This document shows, piece after piece, positions 57,368 to 64,000 of a DNA stretch of 64,000 nucleotides (positions are counted from its first letter, which is position 1; each line of letters opens with the position of its first letter). The notes beneath the pieces were generated by a model that had not been told where the DNA came from, made no database searches, and saw nothing but the letters and a program-made list of their open reading frames with translations. The stretch comes from Emiliania huxleyi CCMP1516 (Eukaryota): NCBI RefSeq assembly GCF_000372725.1, contig NW_005201202.1:186001-250000 (forward strand), read 5' to 3'. Position numbers and translations under genes: made by a program.

Positions 57368-59212
57368 ATGGCTGCGCGACCAGTCTACCTGCCCATCACC
57401 TGGTCGGAGCAGTGCATCTTCTTCCCGGACGGCAAACGGCATACTCACGATGAAGCCGGTCGCTTCAAGCAGCGCGGCAACCAGATGCGCATAAAGCTGC
57501 TCCAGGACGGCGCTGCGGCGCACGCCCTCAAGCACGGCCGAAGCGGGAGCTCACGCTGGCGCATGAGCTACATCTCCTTCGACCCGCACGCCTGCCGCCT
57601 CAAATGGGAGGACGGATCCCACAAGGGGGGCACCATTGACCTCGCCCCGGCTGGCGTGGGCCTCTTTGTCAGTCGACTCGACGCACGCCACCTCGGCCTC
57701 ACCTTTGGCGGCTCGAGGCTGCTTCTGATGGACACAGCCGACCTCGCCGTGGCGAAGGAGTGGGCCGTCGGCCTCTCCTCTGCCCTCTTCTTCCGCTCCG
57801 ACGCCTTCTCTGCCGTCTCGGACGAGTGCTTGCAATGCTTCGCTGCTGCCCTGTCGCTGCGCTCCGGCTCACGACGACCGGCTGCGCTTCAACTGGGCGG
57901 CGCCCGGCTCAGCGCTCGCGAGGTGACCCTCCTGCTCCAAACTATGCTGCGGCCTCTGAGCGGATCGGATATGGTGGCGTTGGAACAGCGGCTCAGCGAG
58001 CCAGGCGGCCTGGGACCTCAGGGCTTCACTGCTCTCTACCGCCACCTCGCTTCTCACGACGACCCCGTTGATGCGCTAGCGCGAGCCCTCGCGCTCGTGG
58101 GCGACACCCGGAGCAAAGGAGAGCCCTTCCCCAACAATTGCCTCGGGGCGGCGCTGGTCGTGCTTCGCCGCTTCCGCCTGCCCGACCACGCCATCGACAG
58201 GCTCGTTGAGACGGCGAATAGGGCTGCTGCAAACTCGTCGGAGCCCGTGACGCCAGTGCACGTGGCCAGCACCCTCTATCCACGGCTCGCGGCGTTTCTG
58301 GACCGCTCTGACGAGGGCGCGTTCGCATTGGAGGGCAGCCCATTGCGCGCCGTCTCAGATGTGCTCTTGCACTCGAGCGCGATTGAGGGTCCCGTGACAG
58401 CGCAGCGCCAGCTTCCGGAAGCTTTCGACGCGCGCTCCATAAACCTGACGATGCGCTCACGCTTCATCGGCTACCAGATGAAGGCACAGCGCGAGGAGCT
58501 GGGCACCGACACAGTGGAGGGACAGCCATCACCAGAGACATACAAGCGGCGGATGGACAGGGTTCACTCGCCGCGGTCGCCGCGTTCGATGGCCCTTACG
58601 TTGCGCTCGCGCTTCATCCGCAGCCAAATCAAAGCGCAGCGCGAGGAGCTCAGCACGGATGGGCAAGGTCCCACTCGAGAGGACTACAGGCGGCGCCTCG
58701 ATCGGGCGCACGCGCGCGGCACTAGCACGAGGGAACGAGACCGCCAGGCCGCAGCGGCCACGTCCGGGCGCACCCAGCAGCTCCGGGTCGGGGAGACGCT
58801 ACGGACTCGGCATATCCGCGAGGACATCGCCGACCAGCGCTCCCAGGGTCGCTCGACGACCACTGCGCTCTACCGAGCGCGCGTAGAAAGGGCAAGGGGC
58901 GACTTGGCTGTTGACAATGCTGTTCCGCCCGAGCCTTCGGCTTCGCGTGTGTGGCGCACCGACATCCGCAATCACCAGCCGCCTCCTGCGAGCGTCTATC
59001 AGGACCGGATGGAACGGGCGCGCGAACGGACTTGGGCGACGCGCGTTGCCGTGCGCCGGTCTCCAAGGCCGGGGGCCTCACCACGGCCGGGCGCCTCACC
59101 TAGACCAGGGGCCTGGTCAAGGATGGGAGATGACTATCTTGATGCGGCCTGGCTTGGTGAGATGTCCAGGCGGTCGTCGTCCAGCCTCGCGAGCGTCGTG
59201 GAGCGTCTCTGA
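57368..59212 (+). CDS. PH-domain and EF-hand-like protein (phospholipase C-like N-terminus) with C-terminal repeats
   Basis: Intronless ORF: LLQDG...KHGRSG...RLKWE...LGLTFG...LMDTADLAVAKEWAVGL; ARLSAREVTLLL; LGPQGFTALYRHL. Confidence 0.65.
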   Translation: MAARPVYLPITWSEQCIFFPDGKRHTHDEAGRFKQRGNQMRIKLLQDGAAAHALKHGRSGSSRWRMSYISFDPHACRLKWEDGSHKGGTIDLAPAGVGLFVSRLDARHLGLTFGGSRLLLMDTADLAVAKEWAVGLSSALFFRSDAFSAVSDECLQCFAAALSLRSGSRRPAALQLGGARLSAREVTLLLQTMLRPLSGSDMVALEQRLSEPGGLGPQGFTALYRHLASHDDPVDALARALALVGDTRSKGEPFPNNCLGAALVVLRRFRLPDHAIDRLVETANRAAANSSEPVTPVHVASTLYPRLAAFLDRSDEGAFALEGSPLRAVSDVLLHSSAIEGPVTAQRQLPEAFDARSINLTMRSRFIGYQMKAQREELGTDTVEGQPSPETYKRRMDRVHSPRSPRSMALTLRSRFIRSQIKAQREELSTDGQGPTREDYRRRLDRAHARGTSTRERDRQAAAATSGRTQQLRVGETLRTRHIREDIADQRSQGRSTTTALYRARVERARGDLAVDNAVPPEPSASRVWRTDIRNHQPPPASVYQDRMERARERTWATRVAVRRSPRPGASPRPGASPRPGAWSRMGDDYLDAAWLGEMSRRSSSSLASVVERL

Positions 59213-59732
59213 GCAGCCACGTACCGGCCAGGTTGGGCGGTGCGACAGGGGACCACCGCGCGGGAAACCTGAGGTCCCGGGGCCACTCGGGCTCAGCCTC
59301 AGCCGTCACCCTCCGTGCTCCGTCGCACCCAACGCACCGGTGTGCAGGAGCCGTTGTGTGTGTCCCACCAGCCACCGGGACCCGATCGGCTTGCGCCGAC
59401 CCGTCGAAAACTGCACCCATCGATCGCGAAGTACGACGTCCGGTCATGACTGCCGTTCGGTTGACTCAGTATCAGATTCTCTCCATCATGTTCTTTCCAC
59501 TTTCGAGCGCGTTTCGAACACAGTGTGGTCACACATTTGTTTGACATACGTATTGATCATTGTCAGTTATTGAGCGTTTGTGTGCTGCCAGGTCTTTCTC
59601 CATGCGTACATACACATCCTGATGTATTCAATACCTGGACGCTATAAGTGGACTGCGCTGCTATCCCGCGTCCCGGCCAGATAAACAGACAGCGCGCGCG
59701 ATCTGTATACGACGGCGCACCGGCCCGCTGGC

Positions 59733-61522
59733 TCACGGTGACGCTGTGGCATCAGCCGCGTCGCGCATCGTCGGTCGTACCCAGACCTGCGCACGCTCCG
59801 GGCGCTGCAGCACGAGCATGAGCGAGTCGAGGTAGAGCACGCCGTCAGTGCCGCTCTCGGCGGGCAGCGGCAGCGGGCCAGCGCGGCACTCTGAGCCGCG
59901 CCACTCTACGATCAGCTTCGCACCGTCGCTCGAGTCGCGCACCTCGTACCCGCCCACCGTAGTCGCGAGGGCGCCGAGCAGCGCGGGGAGCCGCCGCTCG
60001 AAGCGCTCGTCGGCGGCGAGCGTCATCTGCGCCTGCAGCGGCGCGAAGCTCGGCTTGCCGTCACCGCCGACCGTGAGGCCGAGCAGCCACTCGCCGCGCA
60101 GCGAGGGGAGCGCCTCGGCGGCGCGGCCGCGCACGCACTCCTCGCGCCGCAGCGTGCGCAGGAACTCGAGCGACTGGCCGACCCGCTCGGGCGTGCCTAC
60201 AATCTCGGCCAACCTCGGGTAACCTCGGGCAATCTCGCGAGACTGGCCGGCCCGCTGGGGAGCGCCCCCCGCGTCGCGCCGCACCGCCGCGGTGCGCAGC
60301 ACCATCCGCGCCTCCGAGATCGACTCGACGGGCGGCCTCCGCGCAGAGGTGAGGAAGCCTAAGACACGACCTTCCGAGCGAGTCCCGAGAAGGTTCCGAC
60401 ACCGGGTCTCGGCGCAGAGGCGAGGGACGCCGTCGGTGGTCGAGTACGTGCGGAACTGGCGCGCCGCCATCAGCGTGGGCGTGGCGAGCTTGGCGTACTC
60501 AGCCTCGCTGCCCGCCCCGCTCGCATCCACCTGCAGGAAGGTAGCCCGCCTCCTGGAGGCGTCTCGGCAGCGTCTAGGGGGCGTCTCGGCAGCGTCTCGG
60601 CAGCGTCTCGGCAGCGTCTCGGCAGCGTCTCGGCAGCGCACACCTTGAGGAACTCCGCCGCCTCCTCCTGGAAGAGCATCTGCTGCGCAACCTTGCGCGT
60701 GTTCTTGTCCTCAGAGGACTGGAGCTTGACGAAGAGCTTGCGCGCCTCGTCCCGCCGCCCGTCTGCATCGAGGGCGATTGCCAGCTCGAGCAGCGTCGAG
60801 CCGCCGAGTGGCGTGTTTGAGGTGCACCACTCAGTCACCGCCTCGAGCTGCGAGATGGCGCCGCGCCGGTCGCCGAAGCGCATCAGCTGCCTAGCCTCCT
60901 CCTGTGCGGCTGCGATCTCGTCGGCATGCTCCAGCTCAAGCGTTAGGTCCATCCCGCGCGAGCGGCGGTACTGCCGCAGCAGCTCCTCCGTCTCGGCGCG
61001 CTTCTTCGCTCGCGTCTCCTCGTCCTCCTGGTACCCGCCGAGCCCGACCCGCTTACCGCCGCCGTACGCCTTCGAGATGTCGGCCGGCCGCTCGAACACG
61101 CCCCACGTCCCAACCTTGGGCTTGTAGCCGCTCTCGCCTTCTTTCGCGGCCTCCGGCGTCCACGCACCGCCAATGCCGCTCGTGCGGCCCGGAGGAGCAT
61201 CGAGCGGCGGCGGCGACGGCGCTGGCGGCGACGGCGCTGGCGGCGGCGCTGGCGGCGGCGGCGCTGGCGGCGGCGGCGCTGGCGACACCCCGAGCTCGGC
61301 CATCGAGTCCGTCATGATAGAGTTGGACGCGACCTTACCCTGCTCCCTCAGCTGCCGCATCTTGTCCTCGATGGCCTTCTTCCGCGCGTCGCTCGGCCCA
61401 ACTCGGTTGATATCCTTCATGGCGCGCTCCGCAAAGTCACCCGGCTGCCGCTCCTCGGGCGGCTGCGCGGCCTGCATCGTCAGCCGCAGCGCGCGAGCCG
61501 AGCCGAAGCCTGCGAACAGCAT
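59733..61522 (-). CDS. Putative plastid protein with TPR-like helices, multi-exon
   Basis: YKPKVGTWGVFERPADISKAYGGGK, a motif recalled from uncharacterised plant/algal plastid proteins; LGGSTLLELAIALDADGRRDEARKLFVKL; introns with an 11-bp repeat. Confidence 0.75.
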
Positions 61523-61746
61523 CTTCTCGATTCGCCGCAAAAAATAGGTCCGGCGGGGCCACTCGGCGCCAGGTCGAACGGCGGTCGGCTCGGCCACTGC
61601 GGGGCGACGCATGATAGAGCATGCTGGGCGCCGCATCATCTACTTACTACTACCGCTCCAGCGCTCCACGCCGTCGGCGCTCGCGGCGCTTCGGTGCTCG
61701 GGCGCGCTCACCATGTGGTCGTTCAGGGCGGCTTGCACAGCGCCTG

Positions 61747-62008
<262 letters not shown>

Positions 62009-62204
62009 ATGACCTTAACAGCGGGGCCTACGTCTCTTCCGTCCTAGTAGCGATGAGCTCACTAGCTAGAGCTCACACTAGAGGCCATCATCGCATTCGC
62101 CCTGGGACCCAGCGCTGACTTCTGACTGTCGTTGCGGTCTATCCCTTTCTCGATTGTCTGAGCTTGTGCGTCTTGCCTTGGGTCCGTGGTTGTGTTTTTG
62201 TGTG

Positions 62205-62540
62205 AAGGTCGGCAGCCCGAGCGCCGTCGACCGCACCGACTACGGCACAGCCTCCGGCAGCGCCCGGGGCTTTGTCCAGCACCACTCGCAACAGCTCTCG
62301 CGCGCCGCCGTCTGTGGCGACGCGCAAAACATCAACAACGCTGCTCGCAACATGCGTGTCGCGCACTCATTCATGACCGGTCTCAATGTCCCACCCCCCT
62401 GCGCGCGGGCCTTCTAGGCCCGCGGGTAGTCTCACCCCATCCCCAGGGCCTCCAGGGCTCGCACCTCAACCTCTCACAGACCAGCGCACAGCGCCATAGG
62501 ACGTATTTTCTTGTCAATAACAAGGCTGTGAATAGGACCT
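62205..62540 (+). mobile_element. 3' fragment of a second CRE-like retrotransposon subfamily
   Basis: AVDRTDYGTASGSARGFVQHHSQQLSRAAVCG aligns with VDRTAY...SFVSHHAERISIASVKG at about 7420-7510; its tail acgtattttcttgtcaataacaag / gctgtgaatag recurs at about 13816-13852. Confidence 0.6.
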
Positions 62541-62592
62541 AGCGTCCATTGCTGCGCTGCAGACGGCAGCACCACACCTCCACCTTTGCCTA

Positions 62593-63651
62593 ATGAAACG
62601 AGGGACGGCCCCTCTCCTCCTGCTGCTGCTATCTCAGAGCTTTGAGAGCTCCGCTGCGTTCAACGCCTCTTTCCACGCTGTGCCGCTCGTCGACCTGGCC
62701 GGGAGCTTCGACTCGACCGCGAGCACCGTGCGCACCGCGCTCAGCACGTACGGCTTCTTCTACATCACGAATCACGGCGTCCCGCAGGAGCTCATTGACC
62801 GGCAGTTTGAGCAGTCGCGGCTGCTTTTTGAGCAGCCCGCGGCCGTCAAGGCGGCCATGCCGTTCAACGGGACGCTCGACATCGGGTACCTCGGGTCGGG
62901 TGGCCAGGCGTTGGACGCGGAGGGCCGCGCGCGAGACACCAAGGAGGGGTTCATGCTGACCAATAACGGCGTCTTCGACCCGAGCTTTGTCCTCTCCGCC
63001 GACGACCCGCTCGCCGGGGCGACGCTCCACTGGCCTCCGGAAGATGCGCTGCCCAAGTACGAGGGGGTGCTGCGTGCGTACACCGCCGCTCTGAGCCGGC
63101 TGAACCGCCGTCTCAATCAGTTCCTCTTCGCTGCGGTCGGCCTCGGCGAGGCCGAGCGGCTCGAGCTGGCGCGCCAGCCGTTCCACGTGACCAAGCAGCT
63201 CAGATACGTGCCTGCCGAGGGCTTTGTCGACGTGGACGCCGGCTCGCTGGGCGCCGGCGCGCACGCGGACTGGGGCAGCCTGACCATCCTCGCGACGGAC
63301 GGCCAGCCGGGGCTCGAGGTGGAGCACTCGGAGGCAGGCTGGCTGCCGGTGCCGCCTCGCGACGGCTGCCTCATCGTCAACGCCGGCGACCAGGTCAAGC
63401 ACTGGACGAACGGCGAGCTCAAGTCGGCGAACCACCGCGTCGTCGTCAAGTCGGCCCGCCCGCGCTTTTCCACCGCCTTCTTCGCCTACTTTGACCTGTG
63501 GGCAAGGCTGGAGGCGCTGCCGCAGTTTGTCTCGAGCGCGCGGCCGCCGATGCGGCCGCCCGAGACGACTCTGGAGTTTTTTCACTTCAAACTGGGCGAG
63601 TCGGTCGGCAACGCACGAGAGAGGGGCGGCGCGCTGAAGGAGGAGACGTGA
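62593..63651 (+). CDS. 2-oxoglutarate/Fe(II) dioxygenase (IPNS/DIOX_N family) with N-terminal signal peptide
   Basis: VPLVDL, YGFFYITNHGV, DTKEGF, LRY, HADWGSLTIL (HxD), GLEV, VNAGD, SANHRV, RFSTAFF (RxS). Confidence 0.92.
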   Translation: MKRGTAPLLLLLLSQSFESSAAFNASFHAVPLVDLAGSFDSTASTVRTALSTYGFFYITNHGVPQELIDRQFEQSRLLFEQPAAVKAAMPFNGTLDIGYLGSGGQALDAEGRARDTKEGFMLTNNGVFDPSFVLSADDPLAGATLHWPPEDALPKYEGVLRAYTAALSRLNRRLNQFLFAAVGLGEAERLELARQPFHVTKQLRYVPAEGFVDVDAGSLGAGAHADWGSLTILATDGQPGLEVEHSEAGWLPVPPRDGCLIVNAGDQVKHWTNGELKSANHRVVVKSARPRFSTAFFAYFDLWARLEALPQFVSSARPPMRPPETTLEFFHFKLGESVGNARERGGALKEET

Positions 63652-64000
63652 CAAGGGGGAGGAGGACAACCCTTGTCTCGGAAACGGAGGGCGGGTGTAC
63701 ATCTTGAAATGCCAGGAAATGCCGTGTATGTATGTATGTACAATGTGAGACGGTTCGAGATGTGTTCGAGATTTGGGGCGGTCTTTGGGACCCATATGTT
63801 GCTACTGTTCATATGCAGGCACAGTTATTGTTATGGTGACCCATAAGGCATAACATGTTATGGGCTGCTATGAGAGAGCCGTCCCGGGTCCACGGTGTTA
63901 TGGCCCCGACGCCCGAGAGGATCTGAGTACTGAGAGGCCACCAGGCCACGCCAAACAGCTCGCCGCTGGAATGTTCGCTTCTTTTATATTTGAAACACAC

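Overview
GC-rich eukaryotic genomic DNA with many short introns (GT-AG, GC-AG and at least one apparent GA-AG), 10-11-bp intronic satellites and two 100-N gaps. The style suggests a haptophyte such as Emiliania/Gephyrocapsa (inference). About 20 protein-coding genes can be read: formamidase, GT47-like glycosyltransferase, eIF3j, a TKL kinase, a nucleotide-sugar transporter, ShKT-prolyl 4-hydroxylase, a beta-propeller lactonase, a TPR protein, a class-III aminotransferase, a LEA-like protein, a YihA/EngB GTPase, a PH/EF-hand-like protein, a 2OG-Fe(II) oxygenase and several putative plastid proteins. They are interspersed with hAT-, piggyBac- and mariner-like non-autonomous elements and CRE-like retrotransposon debris. 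Highlights: (1) 22745-27182 splices by hand into one gene, AGC kinase-PAS-SnoaL-PAS-LOV, with the photoactive Cys retained, i.e. a candidate blue-light receptor kinase of reversed-phototropin architecture; (2) many introns begin with a near-perfect copy of the following exon, a signature of intron gain by tandem duplication; (3) a hAT-like element carries chromodomain-like and PHD-like ORFs; (4) gene 5' ends are repeatedly copied nearby. All domain calls come from motif recognition by eye; no searches were run.
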